DNA of 64,000 nucleotides. It comes from Bilabrum cf. latius (taxonomy: Eukaryota). Where the stretch lies: the NCBI GenBank assembly GCA_965178125.1, contig OZ237736.1, forward strand, positions 992,001 to 1,056,000, written 5' to 3'. This document shows, one piece after another, positions 1 through 13,000 of the stretch (the stretch's first letter is position 1; each line of letters opens with the position of its first letter). The translations under genes were made by a program, and so were the position numbers. The notes below the pieces were generated by a model, which saw only the letters and a list, made by a program, of their open reading frames with translations, was not told where the DNA came from and ran no database searches.

Positions 1-487
1 ATCGTGCCGATAGTAATGAAAGGATCTGATGCGAGCGCGGCTGTGGCGACTGCAGCCCACGGTGGCGAGGAGCTGACTGCAGCTACACGACGGCGCACAA
101 TGAAATGCAGCAGCTGCCGGCCGAAGAGGAAGCTACAAATACATACGAGGATGCCGGCATACGCAGCACGATTGAATGCCAGTGGCACTGGGCGAAACGG
201 CATGGCTTCATTGTGCATGCCCGCTTGTCTGCCGGTGCGCTCCACACAGCTAGGGTGTGCCCGCCATAAAAACACATGCAGGAGCATGTTTGCATTTGGC
301 CGCTGGGCATATGAAATGGTGGGTGTAATAGATCACTCGATGCTGCGTATTGCGCTTCTCATCTCTGGTCTTCAGTAGCAGGCACGCATCACTAGGGCGC
401 CTCCCCCTTGTGCAGACTAAGCACAAATCCCGCCATCGCTGACACTAAATAACAGAGAGCGCTACCGCCTGCAATCCTGCAGGCTGC

Positions 488-891
488 TCATCTGAGACGG
501 CGTGCCTCACGCTCCCACTCAAGAAGCACCAACACGTCGCCCTTCTTCACGGGTCCCTTCACGTTACGGATGATCTTACGGGCGGTGTCATCGATGAACT
601 CCACCTTCACCTGGGTAACGTTACCGGTGCTGCCGGTCCGGCCCAAAACCCTGCGAAGGCGAAGAGAGTAAAAGGCAGCGGATGCAACTACCGATAAATC
701 GAGTGAAGGCGCCAACCATGCGGTAATGCAAGCCCTCAAAGACAACAAACACAACAAATAGCCTCACTCAGTCACGCGAGCAAGCTTGGTCTCGACGTCC
801 TGCGATATTTGAGAGGCAAAACAGCGAAAGCGATTCATAGGTACGATATTATGAGGCAATTCTCTGCCATACTAGCTCCCACAGGAACCAT
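488..891 (-). CDS. RPS28: 40S ribosomal protein S28 (3 exons; introns 651-767 and about 800-882)
   Basis: Splicing gives ...[26 protein letters not shown]...[28 protein letters not shown], ending in TGA. GT-AG introns. The first micro-exon (ATG at 891) is less certain. Confidence 0.93.
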
Positions 892-1104
892 TGACTTTGA
901 ATTTGGGATATTACATCGACGATGACAATCATGGGCCAAGGATTATTGCCCAGAACTAACCATGACGGCTAACAACCCCTGATATGTTGCTGCTGTGGCT
1001 CCGTGGTAGGATGGATCGGATCATTTCTGTGGGTGCCGCGCGAAACTGGTTCCGCTGCAAGGCAACGGATCGATCCCGACCAAAGATCATTAAAAGTTCC
1101 CCAG

Positions 1105-2960
1105 ATGGACGACATTCTCGTTGACGGAGAAAAACCACAATATACAGCGAAGGGTGCAAACACACTGCGCGGTGGAAAGCGCCAGTATGGATGCAGAATA
1201 TTGCAAGGAAACTTCGAGGAGCAACGGTATGAGCCTGGAATCTATGAAGGCAGGGAGTATGGGTCATTTGTCACCGAAGAAAGCGCTCGGTAGGCAGCAG
1301 GTAAGAACATTGACCAGTACTACTGAATTGATCGCCATGATTTCCCCGGCATGGACTCATGCTTGGAGTCATTTGATTCATTTGCGCAGTTGCTGGAAAG
1401 AAGCCCCGCGTGTTCGGACAGAGAGTCATGGAGCGCTTGGAGGAGGACGAAAGGGGGTCGAGGTACGACTACAGAAATACTATTCTTCCAGACAAGGCCG
1501 CAGACCCCACGAAGTGGACAAGCACCATCAAAGCCTCATACCGGCCGACAGGTCAGCCCGCGGATGAAACCGTCAGGGCAACCTCAGGAACCTTTCAAAT
1601 GCCATTGCATCCTCTCAAAGATGACAAAGAATAGAGAGAAAAGTACAGGCTGCGCTGGATCACCGGGTAGCTCCCATCTGCGACGAAGGGGCGGTTCCAG
1701 TCATCAATGGCCGAGGCGCAGGCCGGGGCCGTCGCGCCGCGTTTCAGGCCCCCACCGACACGAAAGCTCGTGGCAGTGCCAAAGTCAATGGAGATTTTGC
1801 GAGAGCGAGCCATCACCCGCCATGGGGCGTGGGCTCCGGTGCTGCTGCGCCGAGCCTTCGAGGTCGCCGAAGTGTCCGACGGGAGGGCCGGCCTGAGCAA
1901 GGAGGAGCTCGTCACACTGCTGCAGGACGCGGGGCTGTCCATGTCGGTTGACGAGGCGGACGAAGTATTCCTCTTCCTGGACTCTGACGGCTCCGGCTCG
2001 GTCAGCTGGCGCGAGTTCATCCGGATCCTTACGAGGGGGGGCGCGCCCCCGGGCGCAGAGTCGCTGGCCCGGGCGGCGAGAAGAGAGGCCAGGTCCATCG
2101 ACGCGTCGCTGCGGGCGGGCAAGGGAATTGCGGAAGCGACGGTCACGGCCGCGTCACTGGCTCGGCGGGAGCCCGAGGGCATTGCCGCGGAGGAGGAGAA
2201 GCAATAGGAGGAGGCGCTGGACCCCGTGCTCACGCCCGCCAGGCGCGGCGTGCTCGCGGGTGCCTTCGAGGACCTGAGGACGAGGCTTGGGGCGGACGGG
2301 GGGGAGGAAGTTGCGGGGGGTGGGCTGCCGTTCGACTGGCTGATGCTGCAGTGCGATGCATCCCAGCTGCCCCCTGTGCTGCTGTCTGCAGAGGCCAGAG
2401 CAGCGATGACCGCGGCTCAAGGCGGTGCCGGGCTGCCGGCTGCCAAGCGGGCCATAACCTCTGCAGTGCCCAACGAGCTTGCCAAGGGTGGCGGTGCGCA
2501 GGCGCTCTCTCTGCTGGTGGGCAGTTGCGAGCGTCTGGCGGGTTTGGCTGGCAGTGTGCCTGGACTGCGTGGTGGCGGCACAGGTGCCGGTGGGTCTGGG
2601 TCCGGCGAGGCTGTGTCTCTGGCAGACTTCAGCGAAATGCACGAAGGAGTCAGCATGGAGGAGGAGGACGACGGAGCATTTTCGCTCCGGATCGGGCTGG
2701 TTTGGAGGGTGGACTCGCTCGCGACCATGCCTGGGTCCGTGGCTGCGGCTGGGCCGAGGGGCAAGGCAGCTGCTCAGGCCACCACAAGTCTCGCGGTGCT
2801 TGCGATGCTTCAGTCTGGGGAGCGGGTCATGGTTGAGACGAGGCCCGGGCCGTTTTTCCGGCGTGGAGACAGGGCGACTGAGCGCCTGCTCGTTGAGGGG
2901 GCTCTCCGTCGCATGGGAAAGCCAGCGGATCAGTTGTAGCGCTGGAGCTTTGATTTTTGA
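1105..2960 (+). CDS. EF-hand protein with an N-terminal NWE-like motif (possible axonemal protein); intron 1301-1389; in-frame TAGs
   Basis: EF-hand DSDGSGSVSWREF. N-terminal YGCRILQGNFEEQR. Frame continues through TAGs at 1291, 1632, 1668, 2205 and 2937 to TGA at 2958-2960. Confidence 0.7.
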
Positions 2961-3114
2961 ATTCGATTGGAACTGTAAGCAGGCGATCTGCCTTGTACAA
3001 CCTTACGACCGAGCTGCTGAAGCCCGTTCGCCGCACTTGCGGTTCCGGCTTCCCGATAGCCACTCATGGCCGAATCCTTCACCACACGGAGCAGCGCTTC
3101 GCGACACAGTTATA

Positions 3115-6100
3115 ATGCATGCCAGAATAGGCATGATATGCCCTCTCCTTGCAATCGTGGGATCGATATGCTTCGGGGTTTTGAATTTCAAGGACGGCTT
3201 TTTCCTCTCGCGCACTGAGTTGCCGTTGGCCTCCCATTGCGAAGACCTAAGGGATTCTGGACACGCAGAGCTGAAAATGGTAGAATCACAGCGGAATTCA
3301 CAGTGCTGGGGCAAGCCACGCTTCAAAAAGCTCGTGTTACTTTTGGTGGATGCTCTCAGATACGATTTCGTTCGAGACATCGTCAGCGAGCCCCATGACA
3401 GCGAGGAGGGATTTCCCTCTATACTTCGTGAAAATGACCCTCAGTCTAAGCTGCACCCGTACGAATCACCAGTAGACTCGCAATCTCCAGGAAAACTTCG
3501 TGGCAGTGCTCAGGCTGACGAAGGCAGTAGCACCAGAAACAGCCAGCAGACGGAGTATCACAACCATATGCCCCGGCTGCAAAAGATTCTGAAGGAGTAG
3601 TATCCGAATGGGAGAATACGACTGCATCGATTCGAAGCGGATCCGCCAACGGTCACGATGCAAAGGCTCAAGGGTTTGACGGCCGGCTCGCTGCCCACCT
3701 TCATCGATGCATCGGACAACTTTGCTTCGCCTGCTATTCGCGAGGACAACTGGCTTACTCAAGCCATGAAGGCTGGTCGTAGAGTACTCATGGTAGGCGA
3801 CGACACATGGGCCCGGTTGTTCCCTGGGCTGAGCCAGAGCGACGATGCCACCACCTCGCGGTGCTTCCAGTTGGGTTCACCGGGGCAAGAGGGAAGGAAC
3901 TCATCAGGGGGGCATTCAAGCTGCTTTCCGAGCGCCGAGTCGTTTCCTTTGCCCTCGTTCAATGTGTTTGATTTGCACTCGGTGGATGACGGCGTCATGC
4001 ACCTGATGGTGCCTGCGATGAAGGACGGTGCCTGCGGCGTGGCCCGCGCTGCCTAGAAGCACGGTGTGCGCAAATGGCACGGCGAATCTCTGGACGGGGC
4101 GAAGGGAATCTATGCCAGCGATCCTACTGCAGATGCCTTGTAGGCTGACGGTGCCATTCTCGAAAATTGCTAGCGCGATGCGACAACCGAAGGCTCCCAT
4201 GGACCAGGGTACGATATCATCATTGGACACACTCTTGGCGTCGACCATGTGGGCCATAGGTTCGGACCTGCGCACGACACAATGCGAAGGAAGCAGCTGC
4301 AGACGGACCGCATGATTGAAGACGTCTGGCAGCACCTGGATGATGATTCCTTGCTCGTGGTGATGGGCGACCACGGGATGACACAGGGAGGAAACCACGG
4401 CGGGGCAGACGAGGAGGAGCGGGCGGCTGCAATGATCATGGCCGCAAAGAAACCGTTATATTACGCGCCTTTACTGCGAGGGGCGGGCTGCGGTCAGTCC
4501 CAGGGCGTGCAGGAGCTGTTTGCAGGGGCGGGGCGTGGGGCCGGTCAGGACACCTGCGTAGAAAGCAAAGATGCGGACACGGGCGAGGGGCTGGCCATTC
4601 GCGCTGCAGATCCGAGCAGTTTGGTATTGGATCACGGGGGCAGGAACGGTTCGTCGTCAAGCTCCCACACGAGGCGCTGGCACGTCGATCTGCTCGGAGA
4701 AAAGGCTGCAGCATCGGTGCACGGCCACTGTCACCATCACCATGTACACAATCACGGCCATAGCACTGCGACTGAGCCCAGCAAGATGGAATCATGGCTT
4801 GGTCTGGCTGATTCGGTCGTGTAGCAAGTTGATCTTACGCCGACATTGTCCATGTTGCTAGGACTGCCCTCCCCGCACGGCTCCGTGGGCCAGGTAGTGC
4901 CTGGCCTGCTTTGGGATGATTCGGTTGCTCGCCGGCTGGCCGACCTTGCAGAGCACGGTAAGCACATGGCCGAATCCTCCAACTCTCTGGATGCTGCATG
5001 CCAGGCTTGCAACCAGGCCAGGGTCTAGGCCCACGAGCAGGAGCTCCATCGCCTGCTTGCCAACGAGTTCTAGGTGCGGAGGTTTCTCATGCAGTACGGT
5101 GAAGTCGCTCCATCTTTCACCGCGTTTTCCGATCTAGAGTCGATGCACGTCGATGCGGTGTCTATGTCCATCGATACAATTGGATCCGTGGCAGCCAGGG
5201 ACAATTTGCTCGAGCCGTTGAGAGGTTTGCGACGCTATCTGGCTCGAGCCCTTGACAAGTGCCGCGAGGCATGGACCCAATTCGATGTAGCGCTGATGCG
5301 TTCGTCTTCACTGCTGAGCGGGTTTGGCCTATTGGCTGCCATGGGTACCGCGGCAGTTTTATCGTAGACCAAGAATAGCTGGGAAGTGAGCAGTTTGGGT
5401 GTATTGGTTGCAGCAACTGTTGGCGCGGCAGTCTCAGTCGTGTATTCTCCTGTTGACTGGCTGGCTGCATGCCTCTAGCTCCATAGCATGATCGTTTCCT
5501 TCGGAGTCCCAGTGTTGCAGCCAAGCCTGTAGGATCTAGAGGTATACATGGAGCGCTTGGCAGACGGGTGTAGAGATTCGTTGGAGGCATCTGTGGCTGG
5601 AGGGATAAGGCGAATACTGCTGCCGTGCGGGAGCCCACCTCGGGGAGAAAGCCAAGGCTTGCTGGACATACTTGATGTAATTCTAGCATCACCACAGCTC
5701 GCAATTGTGTGCGCTGCTCTAATTCCAATGGCTGTGGTCGGTGTGCGAGCTGTGGTGCGCTCCGCAGTTGCTATTACTACCGCAAGCCTAGGCAGCTTTG
5801 CTCGCCCTAGTCCGACGCTGTCCAGGCGGAACCTGCTGGACGTTGGTGCCTAGATTGGTGCTGGAGCCACCATGACTTTGCTAGCTCTATGTGAGTATGC
5901 GCGACGAGCTTGGGCGTTCGAGGCCATCGGATTTGCCATGCTGTTTGCCAGGGTAGGAGGCGCTGTTAGCAACGGGCTAGTAGAATCCGAGGCAGAGGGC
6001 ACTCTTTACGCGCTGGGGTTCGGCGTTGTTTGTGTATACGTCGTAGGGAGCGTGTCGGCCGGTGCCACCCCGTTTGACTTTCGGGTATTGCGAGTGATAC

Positions 6101-7767
6101 TGTTTGAGCAGAAGGAGGTTGTACCTGCCGAGGCGACTCGCGCGGCCTCGAAGCATGCGAATGCCAGCCAACAGCGAGCAGCTGATGGGTTGCTGCTAGT
6201 TTGTGCGTGCCTGCTTTCGCTGCGCTTGGGGTTTGCCTGGAGAGAGCACGCATAGGAAGGAATCGTTCCGTCAGCGGTCAGAACGTACGTGCCTGCTGCC
6301 ATCATGAGCGCGCTGGGACTCTGGCGGTGCTGGGGCTTGCCTGCAGGCATGAGTGAGTCCAGCAAGGGAGATAGCAACGCACGACAGCCCACACGATGGG
6401 TGCGTCTGCTTGCGCAGGGGCTCCAGGCATGTGCCACTGGGCTCATAGTCGTGTACTGGCGTGCTCGAACAGAGGCAGGCGCGGAGCTCGCGAACGTGCC
6501 GCTGCTTAGACTCGCCCTGCCGAGGCTCGGATACCTGCTGTCCGCCGTGGCAGTAGTGTTGCACGTCAGCGCTATGCATTCCACCTGGGGGTTCTCGCTG
6601 CAAACTGCACGTCGAGCGTTAACGTCTCTCTGTTGCGCCAGCAGGCAAGCCGACTCTGCAAAGAAACAGGCAAGCACGCCAGACATGACCAGATACCTGA
6701 CGCCAGACGTGGCATCGAGGCTGGTTGGGCGTGCAATTGGGAACAACCTGCTTGGGATAGCGGTCCTACAAGACGGGCTGCTGCTAGCACTGGCATCGTG
6801 GCCAATTGCAGGCCTCGTGTTGGGACCGAATGCTCCCGGCACAATCCTGTGCATCCTGGTTGCGAGCGTATCGCTTCCTCTACTCGTAGCATGGTCTCGC
6901 GTTGCTGCATTCGACCAAGCCTGCCGGTCTGCGGCGGACGCCGCCGTTCGACTGGGCTGGGCAGCCGCACCAATCGGTGCTTCCGCACAAGCAAGCAGTT
7001 CAGATTCGGGCGTCAGCGCTGTACAATTTTCGTCATCATCCAATGGCGCGCTTCCGGATGCCCTTCGCAAGGTTGCTGCTCGCAAGAGGCGCACCCTGCC
7101 AAAGGACGCTGCAGATAGTGCCGTCGCAGAGTCGAATCCTAGCAGCACAGCTGCGCCCGAAGGTAGCAATCGTAGCGGCCCAAGCGCTGAATCCACGGCG
7201 TAGAAGCAAGTCGGCCGTGCAACAGACCTGCCGGTGGCACTAACTCCATAGCTGCCAGCAGTACCACTACTCCATGCCATGTGTGTGTATGGCCTGTGCG
7301 CTTTTTCATTCTATGTGACGGGCCATGCTTCTCAGTTTTCTTCGATTGACTTTGCTGCGCCATTCGTTGGCTTTGACTAGTACGATTACATCCGAGGCAT
7401 TGCTGTCGTGGCGACGAGCTGCTACTGGGGCACAATTCTCGGCGGATTCGCGGTGGCCTCGACCGGGTTCATGTACTTTGCAGGTGCAGCAGAGGATCTC
7501 GTTCATCAGATTAGATCAAGGGTTGTGCAAGGTCAGCTGGGAGGTGTCTAGATCTCCATAGGGCTCAAAAGAATCGCGGCGCGACACGTCACGGCAGTCT
7601 TGATTGCGCTCGCCTCGGTCACTTTCGTGACGCTAGAGTTTACCTGCTTCGCGAGGCGGCACCTCATGGTATGGGCAATCTTCGCGCCAAAATTTGTGTT
7701 TGAAGGCATAGCTGTCATTGTTATGGCTGTTGCAGCTGTTGCTCACGGCAGCTTGCAGGCGGTTTGA
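3115..7767 (+). CDS. PIGO: GPI ethanolamine phosphate transferase 3 (PIG-O/Gpi13 family), intronless, about 1550 codons, 16 in-frame TAGs by my count
   Basis: Family motifs in one frame across TAGs: LLVDALRYDF, FEADPPTVTMQRLKGLTAGSLPTFID, GHTLGVDHVGH, GDHGMTQGGNHGG, QVDLTPTLSMLLGLP, FYVTGH, RRHLMVWAIFAPKFVFE. Ends in TGA. Confidence 0.93.
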
Positions 7768-7903
7768 TTCCTACCCCTGGCTTGCGCGACGCAAACGGGT
7801 GTTGCTGATGGTCTATTGAGCTGTTTGTGGCGCATATCATAGGATTCCCAACTACTCTACTATTTTAAACGACCTTTTGTCCAATGCTGTGCAACAACGA
7901 CGG

Positions 7904-9859
7904 TCACTGGCGCCCCCCATCGCTCGATTCTGCATCGATCTAACCACCCTCAGCCTGTTCAGCGTCACCTGACCTCTGCGCCATTCGCTTCCTCCTCCTT
8001 CTCAGCGACCGCCTCCTGCTAAACACGGGGTCTAAGGGAGACCCAAGGGCCTGTGCCGCCAGGATCCCACGTGCTAGCGCTGCATCATCCGGTGTGACCA
8101 GGCTCGAAACCCTCCCTTGCTGACCGAGCCTGCCCGTGCGACCAACTCTGTGCAAGAAGGACACGGCAGATGATGCAAAGTCCAGCTAGATCACATGGCC
8201 AACCTCGGTGGTGTCCAGCCCTCGGGCGGCAATGTCCGTGCACACGAGCACTTTGAGGTCGCCTTGCAGGAACCGCGCCATCGCCGCCTGCCTTCGAGCC
8301 GCCCCGATCTTCTTATGAAGCACAGCCACCGACAGATGGGGAGCACTCGACCGAATCTGCCGCAGCGCAGCGTTGGCTGATGCCACCGTGTTGCAAAACA
8401 CCAGGGTTTGGGGCATTCCCGCTGTATCGAGCTGCGTCAGTGCGGTGGTCTCATGCACCAGCTTGGTCGCCTTCAAATGAACCTCTATCTCAGTCGGATT
8501 CGACCCATGCCTGACTTTCCCCTTCTTTTTCCGCCTCGCATCCGCACGTACTGATGGAAGCACGATTTCTTCTGACAGCCTCAATATCTCGTCCCTATCA
8601 ATACTCTGTCCTTGCTCAGTGCTTGGTGGCGCTGTGGCTGGGTCACTAGTGGTCCCCACCACCGTACCATCCGCGGCAGATCGGTTTTCTGAGTCGCTAA
8701 TCAGTGCTGTGATTTGGCCCCCTAGCGCTGGGCTGATGCTGGGTTTGCCGTCGACCAGCCCGATGGGGTCATCGCTCGTCGCAGTAAGGAGGGCAGGCAG
8801 CAGGCGCAGCTTTGCCGCCTAGATGCAGTCGTGTCTCTCTGCCAAGAGCGCCTCTCTCTGGGCCATGAGCGCCAGGGGATCGATCCCCGCCGGCATGATA
8901 CCATCCTCCAGCTCTGCATGGGCATCGGCCTGCTCGTCGGGGCCGCTCCCGTGTGGCGGCTGCGCGTTGGCGGTACCCGCCACTATCCTGAGTGCCCTCT
9001 CGTCCCCAAACAGGGCCTCGTCCACTTCAATTGCACAGTACTTGTGCGCTGTCCGCTCCGACATGGAGTGCTGCAGTCCGGTCTGCACCCACGTGGCGTC
9101 GGGGAAGTTGCCCTGAATGAACGAGGTCGCGCTGGAGCTTCCCGCGTCCGGCACAGTCGCACCACAGAACACTGTTTGTAGAATCTGGTTTCGGGCCTTC
9201 GCTGATTTGCTGCTGCGGCTATGCCGGCCTTTCACGAGCCATTCGGTGACATCATCCGAGTACTCGCCCGTCAACAGGAGGTCGGCTTCGTCCAAGACCA
9301 CAGTGCGGAGCAAGCGCAGCCGAGACTGCGAGATGTTTTCGCGCAAGGCTTTCGGCGTAGCCACAAGAAGCGAGCACAAGTCTTTAGGGCGCGGACCAAC
9401 GGCCCCGTACGTTGGTCGAATCGCTTCGGTCATCCACGGAAAGCACTGCTGAGCAACTGCTGTGACTTGAAGTACAAGTTCCTAGGTTGGTACCAGCACA
9501 AGTGCGCTCGGTTTGTATAGATCCACTACATCAAGTCTCTTCAGCATGTCTACGATTGGGGCAATGTATGCCACCGTCTTGCCAGAACCAGTCTCCGATG
9601 CTAGCACTGTGTTCCCGCCTTTCAGAATTGCAGGAATCCCAGACTTCTGAATCAAAGTTGGCCTCGCTAGTCCAACAGCTGTCAGTGAATCGCATACATC
9701 TTTTGATAGACCAAGGCTAGAAAATGCTGTGCCAGGTTCAGCGAACAGCGTGGTGTTCGGCGTCTGGCACGCACGTTCAGAAGACCCATGGAAGCCCCTC
9801 CGTGCGCACCATGTCATTGGCAGCAGGCGTAGTCGGTGGAATCTAGTCATTTTGCGCAT
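7904..9859 (-). CDS. DEAD-box RNA helicase, probably organelle-targeted (DDX28-like); 4 in-frame TAGs
   Basis: Q motif PTLIQ, SETGSGKT, PT*EL, LDEAD, TDIAARGLD and HRVGRTGR all in one frame. TAGs at 9482, 8819, 8186 and 7940. TGA at 7904-7906. Arg-rich N-terminus. Confidence 0.9.
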
Positions 9860-10004
9860 AATTTATGTAGAATACTGGAAAACCATTCCACAAAGGGTGC
9901 AACAGGAGGAAATTCCATGTTTTTTTCGCGAAGATGCAGCGCACTGCAGCAATGCTAGCGACGCAGGGACATTCCCCTCAATTTCGGTGATTGTACGAAC
10001 GAAA

Positions 10005-13000
10005 ATGGCCAATTTAAAGGCAGGTACAAGTGATATTGTATCATTGGCTTCGGCTGAAATCGATGTTAGTAACCTTTTATGCACCATTAATGTTTGTAGT
10101 TGCCAGGTTGCTCCAACGACTAGATTTGCCCCGTTTACTGTGCTTGTCCATGCAGCGGCTCTTCCGTCAAATATCCGGTGGATTCACCAGTGATTTAGGT
10201 GAAAAAGAGTGGCTGTCGGCTGTATCTACATCTATAATCCCAGTGAGGCGATCTTGATGTTCTGGTCATGATCAGCCAGCTCGGTGGAGATACACTGATT
10301 CAGCCCCCCACCAGCATACTCAACCTTCGAGCCGCAGACGTACTCCAGTAAAGGGACTATCATCCCGATATTTCATGCGGTTCGTGATGCGGAGAGCGAT
10401 GCTAGCTCAGGCCGCATCGGACGGGCGGCGTTCGATGCATTGCTTCGCACGACTGCTGGGGCAGTGTTTTAGAACAGTGTGAGACCATTTGGCTGCTAAA
10501 GGTGCGACAAGCATTGGCGTTTTATCACGCGCTACACTCCCTATTGCGCTATTTAGCCTTCGCAGGCAATGCGGCGGATCGTGTCCGATGTAAACGGCGC
10601 CCAGCACTTACTCCTGTACCTGCTCGATGCTCAAGGCACCATATTTCCACAAAGCAGGGCATACGTGCAGCGAAAACTGCGAGAGGGGGTCATGCAAGTT
10701 CCATCTCGCAGCAGAGACGTCCACAAGATGGTGCATGATGCTCTCGAGCTGGACCAGGACGAGAGAGGTGCTGCTGCCCCTGCAGCCTCAGCCTGGCCCC
10801 AGGCCACGTCAGCCGCAGGGACGGGCGATTCTGAACAAGTCATGTAGACGGCAACTGCAGAGCGAAGTAGAAGCCCCCTGACAGCATTGCCGCTCTCAAA
10901 AGAGGCTAAAGCCCTGTCTCGAACAAGCACCCCCAAGCGATCGCGCAGCCGAGCTGGGTCCCAAACATTGGATGGGCAGCTCGGCACTTCTGCTGCCTCG
11001 CCCCCTGCAGCTGTGCCAGAAGAAGGATTAACTCCGCTTTCCATGATTGTCTCAGACAGCGACGACTCCGATGGGGGTGGAATTCGCGCGCAACCGCGAC
11101 GTGGTGCTGGATAGGCTCGAGAACAACCGAGGAAGAAGAGCGTGCGCCGATCCGCAAGTATGCTGCGCTCGCCTGTGCCAGCGTCAGGCGCTAGGGTACA
11201 CATAGATCAGCGCGCACCCATAGGCTCTGCTAGTGGACTTGCCTCGCCTCCAGGTCAGTGGCCGAGGGCAGGGCCTGCGAGAGGCAGCAGCGGAGCGACG
11301 CCAGCAAGGCTACCAGACAGGGTGCCTGCCCCGCCCAGCCTGCCACTGGCCCCTGCCTGTGATACTGATGGCACGCACACAGTTGCAGATCTTCCTACGA
11401 CGAGATCAAGAGGGAAGGCACCCAAGTCGCGCCCGCCTGCCACTCTCCAGCCGAGGCTGGCCACGAGTGACACGGTTGCTCGTGGGCCTCGGCAGCGAGG
11501 GCCTCGTCCTGTGCTCGCACGTGGAATGACTGGCGTGCTGGGACACAATGTATCATAGAGCGGTGCTTCCGCAGCTCCAGCGAAGGTGGGGCAATCTGCT
11601 TCAAGGAGCAGGAGCAGGAGCAGGAGCAGCCAGCAGTCAGTGGCTGCTGCCGCCGCCGCCCTTGCGGATGTTTCAATGGGAAGAAGATCCAGCAGCTAGC
11701 GGCACCAGCGAAAAGCAGCGAAACGCTCAGAACACGCTCAGCATTAGGACAAAGCTGCCTAGTATCGCGTGGTGGCAGGGGCATCTCCTCGCCAGAGCCC
11801 TACTGCTGCGGCAGCACCGCACGCTGATTCAACAGCAAACTGTGGCCTGATTCAAGCAGGGAAGCAGCCGACGGCTTTTACTGGTGATGATAGAATGTAG
11901 GTACTGCGGGGACGAAGCATCGGCCTGCAGCAGGATGACGTGAAAGTCAGTGTTGGTGGTGCATCGTACGATGGTTCCGAGCGAATGCCGCACGATGGGG
12001 CTGAAATCCAACTCGATGACGAAGCAGGCTCTAGGACTAGCTCGACCTTGCTCCATCAGGCTGGTAGCGCACCAATCCATGCCGGTCCAGCGAAGCCAAG
12101 GGGCAAACACACACGAGCACAGCCGACCTCCCGGCAGTCCCGGCAGAGGGGGTCTCGAATCACGGGCGACTTGCTAGCGAACTCCACGAGGATCCGAAAA
12201 GGCGCGATCGAGGCAATGATGGTCAAGCTGCTTGCTATCTACTGCAATGGGAATAAGACCAGTTTCCGGCGGGCAGTCGCTGCAGGCCCCGGCGCAGAGA
12301 GCAAACAGGGCGACTTGGAGCCCGACACGGGCAGCCTTGCGGGACTCTCTGAATTTCGCCGACTGTGCATCGATGCGGGCTTGGTCGGGCGTGGGGGCAC
12401 TGGCGGAGGGCGCGTAACGACCGGTGACATTGACACAGTGTTTCGGTCCGCTGTTGCGCGGTCAGCTGGAGTCGGGCATCTCGGGAAGCTACAGATATGG
12501 AAGCAGAACAGCTTTACGGTGGAGACTCAGGGGCGTTCGATGCTGCACCTTCGGCTCAACGCCAAGGGTTTTCTAGAGGCGGCTGCGCGGCTTGCTCGCC
12601 GTAGGTACTGCGCTCCCTCGTGGGCAGATGCCCGTCCGTCCCACTCTGATGACCGCGGCAGCGATACCGAGGAGGGGCATGCTGGGCAGCTCTCGTCATG
12701 GGAGAAGTTTCAACGTTGGAGGCAGCTTGGCCAGCGCAGTGTTCACGCCCGGGAGATATCTCCATCGATTGCCAACAGACTTGCGGTCCTTCAGCACTGG
12801 TTGCCCCTTGCAGCGGCATGCGGTGTGGATACAGATGTCCTAGAACACATCGCACTCCCTCTGTATGCAGCCGAGACGAGTCCAGCCATGCTTGACGACG
12901 GAAGTTCTTCAGCGTCAGGGAGCCAGCAGTCACCTACAGGAGGAGATGTGGGCATGGAAGCAGAGTCAGCTGTGTTGGCTGCACGGCAGCACATTGAACG

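Noticed and set aside
1-480. ORFs 4-378 (+) and 83-310 (-)
   Set aside because: No recognisable similarity. Probably UTR, intergenic DNA or the tail of an upstream gene.
3590-3670. TAGs as 3' splice sites of tiny introns
   Set aside because: There are no consistent GT donors, and motif spacing is preserved with exactly one residue at the TAG (HF*DS, PT*EL, CA*SR). True introns here are about 75-200 nt and mostly end in CAG.
6006-7280. Long antisense or alternate-frame ORFs (e.g. 6006-7280 -, 24564-25601 +, 55230-56309 -, 36922-37686 +)
   Set aside because: These are shadows of GC-rich coding strands or of the repeat, with no recognisable motifs.
3115-7767. Pseudogene or sequencing-error explanation for the internal stops
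   Set aside because: The stops are exclusively TAG, with no frameshifts and no internal TAA or TGA, and they occur in many housekeeping genes with intact motifs.
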